Source: Eledone cirrhosa (lineage: Eukaryota). From it: a stretch of 64,000 nt of DNA. The position numbers were made by a program, and so were the translations under genes. Shown one piece after another: positions 12,320-23,959 of the stretch (its first letter is position 1; each line of letters begins with the position of its first letter). The DNA is taken from assembly GCA_964016885.1 (NCBI GenBank), contig OZ024766.1:20150001-20214000 (forward strand), written 5' to 3'. The notes beneath the pieces were generated by a model, which was not told the origin of the DNA, made no database searches, and was given only the letters and a program-made list of their open reading frames with translations.

Positions 12320-14991
12320 TCCTGCGTCTCCAACAGACCAGTGTCTGTCCTTAGGGCATCAACATACGTTAACCTCAGTCTCCCTCTTCCAGTGTGTCCA
12401 TGTAGGGGCTCCCACAGGAGCACTGAGTGCAGTGTCAACTCTGGATGTCAGTGAGCATCTCCAGCTAACCTCAGTCTCCCTCTTCCAGTGTGACCATGTA
12501 GGGGCACCCACAGGAGCACTGAGTGCAGTGTCAACTCTGGATGTCGGTGAGCATGTCCAGCTAACCTCAGTCTCCCTCTTCCAGTGTGACCATGTAGGGG
12601 CTCCCACAGGAGCACTGAGTGCAGTGTCAACTCTGGATGTCGGTGACCATGTCCAGCTAACCTCAGTCTCCCTCTTCCAGTGTGACCATGTAGGGGCTCC
12701 CACAGGAGCACTGGGTGCAGTGTCAACTCTGGATGTCAGTGAGCATGTCCAGCTAACCTCAGTCTCCCTCTTCTAGTGTGTCCCTGTACGGGGCACCCAC
12801 AGGAGCACTGAGTGCAGTGTCAACTCTGGATGTCGGTGACCATGTCCAGCTAACCTCAGTCTCCCTCTTCCAGTGTGTCCATGTAGGGGCTCCCACAGGA
12901 GCACTGAGTGCAGTGTCAACTCTGGAAGTCGGTGAGCATGTCCAGCTAACCTCAGTCTCCCTCTTCAAGTGTGTCCATGTAGGGGCTCCCACAGGAGCAC
13001 TGAGTGCAGTGTCAACTCTGGATGTCGGTGAGCATGTCCAGCTAACCTCAGTCTCCCTCTTCCAGTGTGTCCATGTAGGGGCTCCCACAGGAGCACTGAG
13101 TGCAGTGTCAACTCTGGATGTTAGTGAGGATGTCCAGCTAACCTCAGTCTCCCTCTTCCAGTGTGTCCATGCAGGGGCTCCCACAGGAGCACTGAGTGCA
13201 GTGTCAACTCTGGATGTCGGTGAGCATGTCCAGCTAACCTCGGTCTCCCTCTTCCAGTGTGTCCATGTAGGGGCTCCCAAAGCAGCACTGAGTGCAGTGT
13301 CAACTACTCTGGATGTCGGTGAGCATGTCCAGCTAACCTCAGTCTCCCTCTTCCAGTGTGTCCATGTAGGGGCTCCCACAGGAGCACTGAGTGCAGTGTC
13401 AACTCTGGATGTCGGTGAGCATGTCCATCTAACCTCAGTCACCCTCTTCCAGTGTGTCCATGTAGGGGCTCCCACAGGAGCACTGAGTGCAGTGTCAACT
13501 CTGGAAGTCGGTGAGCATGTCCAGCTAACCTCAGTCTCCCTCTTCCAGTGTGTCCATGTAGGGGCTCCCACAGGAGCACTGAGTGCAGTGTCAACTCTGG
13601 ATATCGGTGAGCATGTCCAGCTAACCTCAGTCTCCCACTTCCAGTGTGTCCATGTAGGGGCTCCCACAGGAGCACTGAGTGCAGTGTCAACTCTGGATGT
13701 CGGTGACCATGTCCAGCTAACCTCAGTCTCCCTCTTCCAGTGTGTCCATGCAGGGGCTCTCACAGGAGCACTGAGTGCAGTGTCAACTCTGGATGTCGGT
13801 GAGCATGTCCAGCTAACCTCAGTCTCCCTCTTCAAGTGTGTCCATGCAGGGGCTCTCACAGGAGCACTGAGTGCAGTGTCAACTCTGGATGTCGGTGAGC
13901 ATGTCCTGCTAACCTCAGTCTCCCTCTTCAAGTGTGTCCATGCAGGGGCTCCCACAGGAGCACTGAGTGCAGTGTCAACTCTGGAAGTCGGTGAGCATGT
14001 CCAGCTAACCTCAGTCTCCCTCTTCTAGTGTGTCCATGTAGGGGCTCTCACAGGAGCACTGAGTGCAGTGTCAACTCTGGATGTCGGTGAGCATGTCCTG
14101 CTAACCTCAGTCTCCCTCTTCAAGTGTGTACCTGTAGGGGCTCCCACAGGAGCACTGAGTGCAGTGTCAACTCTGGATGTCGGTGAGCATGTCCAGCTAA
14201 CCTCAGTCTCCCTCTTCCAGTGTGTCCATGTAGGGGCTCCCACAGGAACACTGAGTGCAGTGTCAACTCTGGATGTCGGTGAGCATGTCCAGCTAACCCC
14301 AGTCTCCCTCTTCTAGTGTGTCCATGTAGGGGCTCCCACAGGAGCACTGAGTGCAGTGTCAACTCTGGATGTCGGTGAGCATGTCCAGCTAACCTCAGTC
14401 TTCCTCTTCCAGTGTGTCTATGTAGGGGCTCCCACAGGAGCACTGAGTGCAGTGTCAACTCTGGATGTCGGTGAGCATGTCCAGCTAACCTCAGTCTTCC
14501 TCTTCCAGTGTGTCCATGTAGAGGCTCCCACAGGAGCACTGAGTGCAGTGTCAACTCTGGATGTCGGTGAGCATGTCCAGCTAACCTCAGTCTCCCTCTT
14601 CTAGTGTGTCCATGTAGGGGCTCCCACAGGAGCACTGAGTGCAGTGTCAACTCTGGAAGTCGGTGAGCATGTCCAGCTAGCCTCAGTCTCCCTCTTCCAG
14701 TGTGTCCATGTAGGGGGCTCCCACAGGAGCACTGAGTCCAGTGTCAACTCTGGAAGTCGGTGAGCATGTCCAGCTAACCTCAGTCTCCCTCTTCCAGTGT
14801 GTCCATGTAGGGGGCTCCCACAGGAGCACTGAGTGCAGTGTCAACTCTGGATGTCGGTGAGCATGTCCAGCTAACCTCAGTCTCCCTCTTCCAGTGTGTC
14901 CCTGCAGGGGCTCCCACAGGAGCACTGAGTCCAGTGTCAACTCTGGATGTCGGTGAGCATGTCCAGCTAACCTCAGTCTCCTCTGTGTCAC
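12320..14991 (-). repeat. 96-bp tandem array (~27 copies) amplified from the 3' coding end of an RTE-like LINE
   Basis: The unit encodes [32 protein letters not shown]. Both flanks match the unamplified copy at 38930-39200. Confidence 0.95.
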
Positions 14992-15093
14992 ATATATTTA
15001 CATAGATATAGATATATATATATGCACACATTTTACATGTCTTCTTCTTTTCCCTATCCCCAGGTGATGGACTTTGGACAATGAAGACCCAGG

Positions 15094-16956
15094 ATGGAGG
15101 CCAAAGAAGAAATAGGGGTGATTGGTACTGGCAACATGGGCTGTACCCTAGCCCAGCGTCTTCTATGCTGCGGATACACAGTCCACCTGGCAAGCAGGTG
15201 CCCCTCAAGGCGCAAGTTTAACGGGACTCGCTCCATCCCTGCAGGTGTTCAGTTGACCAGCGTAGAGAGGTGTCTTGAAAATGCCGACATAAAGGTCTTG
15301 TTTCTGGCCCTTCAGCCGAGACATATGAACCAGATCCTTGGCCCTTTTAAGGACCTCCTTGATAATAAGGTCCTTGTTGATATGTCCAATCGAGCTAGGA
15401 AAGAAAACAAGGGTCAGCCCTCAAATGCAGAAATATTAGCGGAAAATTTTCCCGGAAGTTGTGTTGTGAAGGGTTTAAACACTTTGACCCCGGATGTCCT
15501 TGAGAACGAAGGAAGATTTTCGGGGCCCCCCGGGTCACCCTGTAGTACTGTGCATCTAGCAGGCAATGATGTAGGGGCCGTCGAAGCGGTCAGCGGGATC
15601 GTACGGCGCATGGGGTTCTCTCCGGTGACCCGGGGCGCGCTGAGGGGGTCGCGCGGCATCGAGAACCTGCCCCACGAGTTCATGAAAGGGTGGGGCGTCC
15701 CGATGTGCATCGCGAGCGGGGTGGCGCTTGTGTGGCTCGCGGCCCTCGTCATCGACGAAGTGCTGAAGTACCAACAGCAACAACGGCAGCGGCAGCAGCA
15801 GCAACTGCAACAACATCGGTGGCAGACCTCAACGAGGGGCAATGACAGAATTAACGAAGGACCAGGTTACCAGTGGCGCAAAGTCCCTCTGACCCTGGTC
15901 AATGTTTGGCTCGCAGACACAGCCATTACCCTCCTCTCACTCACCTACCTGCCCGGATGTTTGGCCGCGGTCGTCCAGCTGTGTCGCGGGACCAAGTACC
16001 TGCCGTTCCCGCCGTGGCTGGACAGCTGGCTCAAGTCTAGGAAGGTTCTAGGGCTCACCGCTCTGCTTCTGACTTTCTGGCATGTGGTCATCTCCTTGGT
16101 CCTCATTACCCCGGCCACTATGTCCTTCCTCTACACCACCACCACTACCACCACCAACAGCAACACCAACGTACTTCCGCTGACCACCACCAACACCATC
16201 ACCAACACACCTCCATTGACCAACACCACCACCAACAACACACCACCTCTCACCGCCACCGACACCATCACCAACACACCTCCATTGACCAACACCACCA
16301 CCAACAACACACCACCTCTCACCGCCACCGACACCATCACCAACACACCTCCATTGACCAACACCACCACCAACAACACACCACCTCTCACCGCCACCGA
16401 TACCAACACCAACACACCTCCATTGACCAACACCACCACCAACAACACACCACCTCTGACCGCCACCGATACCAACACCAACACCGCCACCAACGCTGCC
16501 ACCACCAACACACCACCTCTCACCGCCACCAACACAACTCCACTGACCAGCACCGCCACCAACGCTGCCACCACCACCACCACCACACCTCCATTGACCA
16601 ACACGCCACCTCTGAACACCACCAATACCACCACCACCACCAACACTGCCAACACACCACCTCTGAACACCACCAATACCACCACCACCACTAACACTGC
16701 CAACACACCACCTCTGAACACCACAACCACCGTCCTCAACACTAACAGTAACAACAGCTACAGTGGTGGTTGTAGTGGTAGCTATGGAAACAACAGTAAC
16801 AACAACAACAACAACAACAGTAACAACAACAACAACAGCAGCAACAGTAACAACAACAACAACAACATGACCAAATTCAATAACAATTCTAATAAATGCT
16901 GTTGTAACAACAGCAACAACAACAACAGTAACAGCAACAACAACAACAACAACAGT

Positions 16957-17008
<52 letters not shown>

Positions 17009-17127
17009 GTAACAACAACAACAACAACAACAACAACAGTAACAACAACAGCAGTAACAACAACAACAACAGTAACAACAACAACAACAGTAACAACAAC
17101 AACAACAGTAACAACAACAACAACAGT

Positions 17128-17161
<34 letters not shown>

Positions 17162-17622
17162 ACAACAACAACACTATTGATAACTATAATATAGAACAGC
17201 CAAATCAACAACAACAACAACAACATCTAACGATATTCAGTAGTCTCGGAATGAGCGTCGGCACTGGCTCCCTGGTGGCACTATCGCTGGTCGGCATGGC
17301 AACGCTGCCGTCGGTGGCGGCAACGCTCAACTGGCGCGAGTGGCGTTTTTTCCAGAGCGTAGTCGGCCACGCCAGCCTCGCCCTCGCGGCGGCACACGTC
17401 ACGCTGCTCTTCCTGCCGTACTGGCGCGCCCTGGGCAACGCCGGGTTCTTCTACGCGGAAAAGTCGTTCTTGTCTTGCCTGTTGCCGTTTCTGGCGCTCC
17501 TCATGAAGTTGGTGCTCGCCGTGCCGCCCGTGGGAAGAAGGGTGGGTGCCATACGGAACGGCTGGGTGAGGGGTAACAGAAAACCCCCTCGGGTCACCCC
17601 CGAAGAGATGGAACTCCTCTGA
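15094..17622 (+). CDS. STEAP: STEAP-family metalloreductase (STEAP2/3/4-like) with N-terminal NADPH oxidoreductase domain, single coding exon
   Basis: Motifs IGVIGTGNMG (Rossmann), LVDMSN, SNAEILA, VVKGLNT, YLPGCLAA..QL.RGTKY..FPPWLDSWLKSRKVLGL and TLPSVAATLNWREWRFFQS. Two heme His candidates (FWHVV, AAHVT). A polypyrimidine-CAG acceptor ends at 15063. Confidence 0.93.
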
Positions 17623-17875
17623 AATACCTAAATAGTCGGCCATATATATATATATATATATATATGGCCGACTATATATAAATATATATATATATATAAA
17701 CCCAGACGCGCTCCTGCATCCATCTTTTCTAAAAAAAACAAATCATACACACAACACCAGCATCAACAGTTTTCCAAGAGATATCAACATGAAAGGACCT
17801 GTTATTTTTATCTAAAGACATTTCTTCCATTTCCAACCCCACCCGTCCCCTCAATCTATCTTATTTCTCATTCTT

Positions 17876-17911
17876 TCTTCTGATGAAGGACTAGCGTCCG
17901 AAACGTTAAGA
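17876..17911 (+). ncRNA. Minimal type I hammerhead ribozyme motif (Penelope-type)
   Basis: TCTT-CTGATGA-A-GGAC tagc GTCC-GAAA-CGTT-AAGA: stem I TCTT/AAGA, stem II GGAC/GTCC, palindromic ACGT stem III, predicted GUU site at 17907. Confidence 0.65.
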
Positions 17912-18252
17912 CCCTCTTCCTGCTATATCAAGCTTTAACCTAATATATACCTTCCATATACTGTACTGATTGTGTTGTTATTTCTGTTTACCTTTTACAT
18001 ACACATATACAGATTAAAGTTTAAGCAAAGAAACACTGCTTTCAACCTTTTACGGGGTCAGGATCTTCAGAAACAGGGTTATATGTATATATATATAAGG
18101 ATTAGAATACTGGAGCGTGTTTGAGTCAAACACCCTCTTCGTATTATAGAAATGACAGTAAAAGCTATAGCTCAATGCAGTTAAACAGAGCCAAAAAATT
18201 AAGAGAGTAAAACAAAGAATCCTTTAATCCGATATTACCTCTTGTTGTTTTG

Positions 18253-18297
18253 ATTGCCCTGATGAGTCCTTAATAGGACGAAACATTGTCGGCTAAT
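18253..18297 (+). ncRNA. Type I hammerhead ribozyme motif with canonical core
   Basis: ATTGCC-CTGATGA-GTCCT taat AGGAC-GAAA-C att G-TC-GGCTAAT: intact CUGAUGA/GAAA core, 5-bp stem II, short stem III, GUC cleavage triplet at 18288-18290, stem I GCC/GGC. Confidence 0.8.
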
Positions 18298-18508
18298 AAA
18301 AACTTTTGATGTATTAAAGGATTCTTTGTTTTACTCTCTTAAATATATATATATATATATATTTAAAAGTTAAACAAGGTTCAATGAATACATCAAAGAA
18401 TGAGTTTTACAATAGATTGGAAGCACTCAACAGAAAAAGGGTTTCCAGAGTTATTAATATTAATTCAAAATATTAACAAAATAGATATTCTTGTGATATA
18501 TATATAAA

Positions 18509-21500
18509 CGGAAAAAATGAAACGAAATTTCATTTCCCACTCTTAGTACGGCTGTTACTTAAATATAAGTATGTATACGTACATACATATATGTATACAG
18601 ACGTACAGCAGTATGTATACATATATATACATACATGCACACATATATATATGCACGTATGGATTCACCGAACATTTATTATAATGCTCGGTGTGTCTGT
18701 AAACAAACATCCCGTATTAAGCCGTAGTGTCTAGCAACCATCGTTGCTCGTTTGTTCAACACTGACAAAGGAACGCTGTACTAGTTTCAAGCTTATTAGC
18801 TATCGTCAGCACCGTATACCTTCCTGCCAGGTTGTTGAACAAACGAGCAACGATGGTTGCTAGACACTACGGCTTAATACGGGATGTTTGTTTACAAACA
18901 CACCGAGCATTATAATAAATGTTCGGTGAATCCATACGTACATATATATATAGAGGGAGATAGAGTAAAAGCAACAAAGAGAGGTGGAGAAATAAGAGGA
19001 AGACAGTAAAAGCAACAAAGAGAGGAGGAGAAATAAGAGGAAGACAGAGTAAAAGCAACAAAGAGAGGGGGAGAGATAAGAGGAAGACAGTAAAAGCAAC
19101 AAAGAGAGGGGGAGAGATAAGAGGAAGACAGTAAAAGCAACAAAGAGAGGGGGAGAGATAAGAGGAAGACAGTAAAAGCAACAAAGAGAGGGGGAGAAAT
19201 TAGAGGGAGATAGAGTAAAAGCAACAAAGAGAGGGGGAGAGATAAGAGGAAGACAGTAAAAGCAACAAAGAGAGGGGGAGAAATAAGAGGGAGACAGAGT
19301 AAAAGCAACAAAAAGAGGGGGAGAGATAAGAGGGAGATAGAGTAAAAGCAACAAAGAGAGGGGGAGAGATAAAAGGGAGATAGAGTAAAAGCAACAAAGA
19401 GAGTGGGAGAAATAAGAGGGAGATAGAGTAAAAGCAACGAAGAGAGGGGGAGAAATAAGAAGACAGAGTAAAAGCAAAGACAGAGTAAAAGTAACGAAGA
19501 GAGGCGGAGAAATATGAGGGAGATAGAGTAAAAGCAACAAAGAGAGGGGGAGAGATAGGAGGGAGATAGAGTAAAAGCAACGAAGAGAGGGGGAAAGATA
19601 AGAGAGAGACAGAGTAAAAGCAACAAAGAGCGGGGGAAAGATAAGAGGGAGACAGAGTAAAAGCAACAAAGAGAGGGGGAAAGATAAGAGAGAGACAGAG
19701 TAAAAGCAACAAAGGGAGGGGGAGAAATAAGAGCGAGATAGAGTAAAAGCAACAAAGAGAGGGAGGGAGATAGAGTAAAAACAACAAAGAGGGGGGAGAA
19801 ATAAGAGGGAGATAGAGTAAAAGCAACAAAGAGAGGGAGGGAGATAGAGTAAAAACAACAAAGAGAGGGGGAGAAATAAGAGGGAGATAGAGTAAAAGCA
19901 AAGACAGAGTAAAAGCAACAAAGAGAGGGAGATAGAGTAAAAGCAACAAAGAGAGAGGGAGACAGAGTAAAAGCAACAAAGGGAGGGGGAGAAATAAGAG
20001 GGAGATAGAGTAAAAGCAAAGACAGAGTAAAAGCAACAAAGAGAGGGGGAGAAATAAGAGGGAGACAGAGTAAAAGCAACAAAGAGAGAGGGAGATAGAG
20101 TAAAAGCAAATAAGGGAGGGGGAGAGAAAACTTAATCTGCCACTACATATCCCATGATGCAACAAGGCAGGTAAATTATTTGACTCTTTAGCGACTTCAG
20201 TTCCTTCAATTTTTCCGAGACGAAATCTCAAGAACGATAACTCTGTCTTGACTTAATCGCAAAAATGGCTGCAAAAATAAATTCATGCAAATTGTGAGGG
20301 AAATTTGAAATATCGTCTGCAGCCATGTTTGCGATTAAGTCAAGACAGAGTTATCGTTCTTTTATTATTTTTTTTTTAAAGCAAGCCACAATCATTATTT
20401 ATTTACAGTAATACACTGGGGTAATAGCTGGCCTTGTGCCAAAAGTAGAAACAATTATTTATTTACAATAAATGGTTTATAATTTTGCCCATTAATTCGT
20501 ATGGTGAGCAAATTGGGGTCCCCCCGTGGTGACCTCACAACAGCCCCGGCGGACAGGGTGGAGAAGGCGTTTCCCCGGAGGACGGTAAGGCCAGGCGGCG
20601 TGACCATCTTCCCGTTAAGCGGTGGCAAACCCCTCCTCGTCTGGGATGCCGCTTGCAGCGACGCTTTCTCCAGCCGCGACCTGGGGCAGTCTGCGACTGA
20701 CCCAGGTTGACTAACTCAGCACTTCGGGCTGAGGAGGCCAAACTCTCCAAGTACTGGTCGCTCTCCGACAGGTTCGCGGTTGTGGAGACTTCTTGTGTCC
20801 GTGGCTCTAGGGCTACCTCCATAGGTACAGACATGGCTACCCCTAGCAGTGTGGACTTCTGGTGTCCTTTGCCCGAGGGCTACCTCCCTACTTACCACCA
20901 CCATCAGTCACAGAGTTGGCTACCCCTAGCAGTGGAGACTTCTGGTGTCCTTGGCCCTAGGGCTACCTCCCTACTTACCACCATAGGTACAGACCTGGCT
21001 ACCTGTAGCAGTGGAGACTACTGGTGTCCTTGGCCCTAGGGCTACCTCCCTACTTACCACCAGAGGTACAGACCTGGCTACCTGTAGCAGAGGAGACTTC
21101 TGATGTCCTTAGACCTAGGGCTTCCTCCCTACTTACCACCAGAGGGACAGACCTGGCTACTACCTGTAGCAGAGGAGACTTCTGATGTCCTTGGCCCTAG
21201 GGCTACCTCCCTACTTACCACTATAAACCCATACCTAGCTACCCCTAGCAGTGTGGACTTCTGGTGTCCTTAGACCTAGGGCTACCTCCTTACTCACCAC
21301 CATAGGCGCCCAGCTCGCCAGCCGCAGGTGTGAGCCTCGCGTGATGGAATGGCTGCTCAAGCGCGTCTCCCTTACCATCCTCCGGGGGGAAAACGCCTTC
21401 TCCATCCTGTCCGCCGGGGCTGTGGGGAGGCCACCACGGGGGGACCCCAATTTGCTCACCATACGAATTAATGGGCAAAATTATAAACCATTTATTGTAA

Positions 21501-23948
21501 ATAAATAATGATTGTGGCTTGCTTTAAAAAAAAAATAATAAAAGAACGATAACTCTGTCTTGACTTAATCGCAAAAATGGCTGCAGACGATATTTCAAAT
21601 TTCCCTCACAATTTGCATGAATTTATTTTTGCAGCCATTTTTGCGATTAAGTCAAGACAGAGTTATCGTTCTTGAGATTTCGTCTCGGAAAAATTGAAGG
21701 AACTGAAGTCGCTAAAGAGTCAAATAATTTACCTGCCCCCGTTGCATCATGGGATATGTAGTGGCAGATTAAGTTTTCTCTCCCCCTCCCTTTGTTGCTT
21801 TTACTCTGTCTCCCTCTTATCTCTCCCCCTCCCTTTCTTTCTTTTACTCTATCTCCCTCTTATTTCTCCGTCTCTCTTTGTTGCTTTTACTCTATCTTCC
21901 TCTTATTTCTCCCCCTCCCTTTCTTGCTTTTACTCTATCTCCCTCTTATTTCTCCGTCTCTCTTCGTTGCTTTTACTCTATCTCCCTCTTATTTCTCCGC
22001 CTCTCTGTTGCTTTTATTCTATCTCCCTTCCTCTCTTTGTTGCTTTTACTCTATCTCCCTCTTATTTCTCCGTCTCTCTTCGTTGCTTTTACTCTATCTC
22101 CCTCTTATTTCTCCGCCTCTGTTGCTTTTATTCTATCTCCCTTCCTCTCTTTGTTGCTTTTACTCTATCTCCCTCTTATTTCTCCCCCTCTTTTTGTTGC
22201 TTTTACTCTGTCTCCCTCTTATTTCTCCCCCCTCTCTTTGTTGCTTTTACTCTATCTCCCTCTTATCTCTCCCCTTCTCTTTGTTGCTTTCACTGTCTCC
22301 CTCTTATCTCTCCCCCTCTCTTTGTTGCTTTTACTCTATCTCCCTCTTATTTCTCCCCCTCTCTGCTGCTTTTACTCTGTCTCCCTCGTATTTTCCCCAT
22401 CTGTTTGGCTTTTACTCTGTCTCCCTCTTATTTCTCCCCCCTCTCTTTGTTGCTTTTACTCTATCTCCCTCTTATTTCTCGCCCTCTCTGCTGCTTTTAC
22501 TCCGTCTCCCTCGTATTTTCCCCCTCTGTGTTGCTTTTACTCTGTCTCCCTCTTATTTCTCCCCCTCTCTGTGTTGCTTTTACTCTATCTCCCTCTTATT
22601 TCTCCCCCTCTCTTTGTTGCTTTTAATCTATCTTCCTCTTATCTCTCCCCCTCTTTGTTGCTTTTACTGTCTCCCTCTCCCTCTGTTTCTTTTACTCTAT
22701 CTCCCTCTCTCTTTGTTGCTTTTACTCTATCTCCCTCTTATTTCTCCGTCTCTCTTCGTTGCTTTTACTCTGTCTTTGCTTTTACTCTATCTCCCTCTTA
22801 GTTCTCCCCCTCTCTTTGTTGCTTTCACTGTCTCCCTCTTATTTCTCCCCCTCTCTGCTGCTTTACTGTCCCTCGTATTTTCCCCCTCTGTGTTGCTTTT
22901 ACTCTATCTCCCTCTTATTTCTCCCCCCTCTCTTTGTTGCTTTTACTCTATCTCCCTCTTATTTCTCCCCCTCTCTGCTGCTTTTACTCCGTCTCCCTCG
23001 TATTTTCTCCCTCTGTGTTGCTTTTACTCTGTCTCCCTCTTATTTCTCCCCCCTCTCTATGTTATCTTACGTCAAATTAGCGCGTGTATATATATATATT
23101 TATATATCCATATATATATTTATTTATATAGGCATATATACGTATATATATATATATACATATATATACGTGCAAATATGTATATATATATATATATATA
23201 CACGTATATATATATATATATACACACATATATATGTATATATATATATATATATACACGTATATATATATAGACATATATATACGTATATATATATAGA
23301 CATATATATACGTATATATATATAGACATATATATACGTATATAGATACATATATTCGAATATATATATACATACGAATATATATATACGGATATATATA
23401 TATATACACACATATATATACGTATATATATATACAAGCATGTACACATACATACATCTATACAGACGTACAGCAGTATGTATATATATATATACATACA
23501 TGCACACATATATATATGTACGTATGGATTCACCGAACATTTATTATAATGCTCGGTGTGTTTGTAAACAAACATCCCGTATTAAGCCGTAGTGTCTAGC
23601 AACCACCGTTGCTCGTTTATTCAACCCTGACAAAGGAACGCTGTACTAGTTTCAAGCTTATTAGCTATCGTCAGCAACGTATACCTTCCTGCCAGATTGT
23701 TGAACAAACGAGCAACGATGGTTGCTAGACACTACGGCTTAATACGGGATGTTTGTTTACAAACACACCGAGCATTATAATAAATGTTTGGTGAATCCAT
23801 ACCTACATATATATGTGTGCATGTATGTGTATATATGTATACATACTGCTGTACGTCTGTATACATGTATATATGTACACGTACATGCTTGTATTTAAGT
23901 AACAGCCGTACTAAGAGTGGTAAATGAAATTTCGTTTCATTTTTTCCG
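18509..23948. repeat. 5.4-kb fold-back (long inverted duplication) with nested hairpins and GA/TC minisatellite arms
   Basis: 20110-20590 is the reverse complement of 21370-21790. GA-rich 18950-20110 mirrors TC-rich 21790-23060. Outer ends are CGGAAAAAATGAAACGAAATTT / AAATTTCGTTTCATTTTTTCCG. Confidence 0.92.
20587..21420 (+). mobile_element. Decayed C-terminal restriction-like endonuclease domain of a CRE-like non-LTR retrotransposon, with an internal ~79-bp tandem amplification
   Basis: Pieces translate as RPGGVTIFP..GKPLLVWDAACSD, AEEAKLSKY, PLAVETSGVLGP and LLKRVSLTILRG.NAFSIL. These match the RPDG..LVWD.T..AE..K..KY..P.A.ET.G..G..QR.S.AIQRGNA pattern. Confidence 0.78.
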
Positions 23949-23959
23949 CCTCCGCCCGT

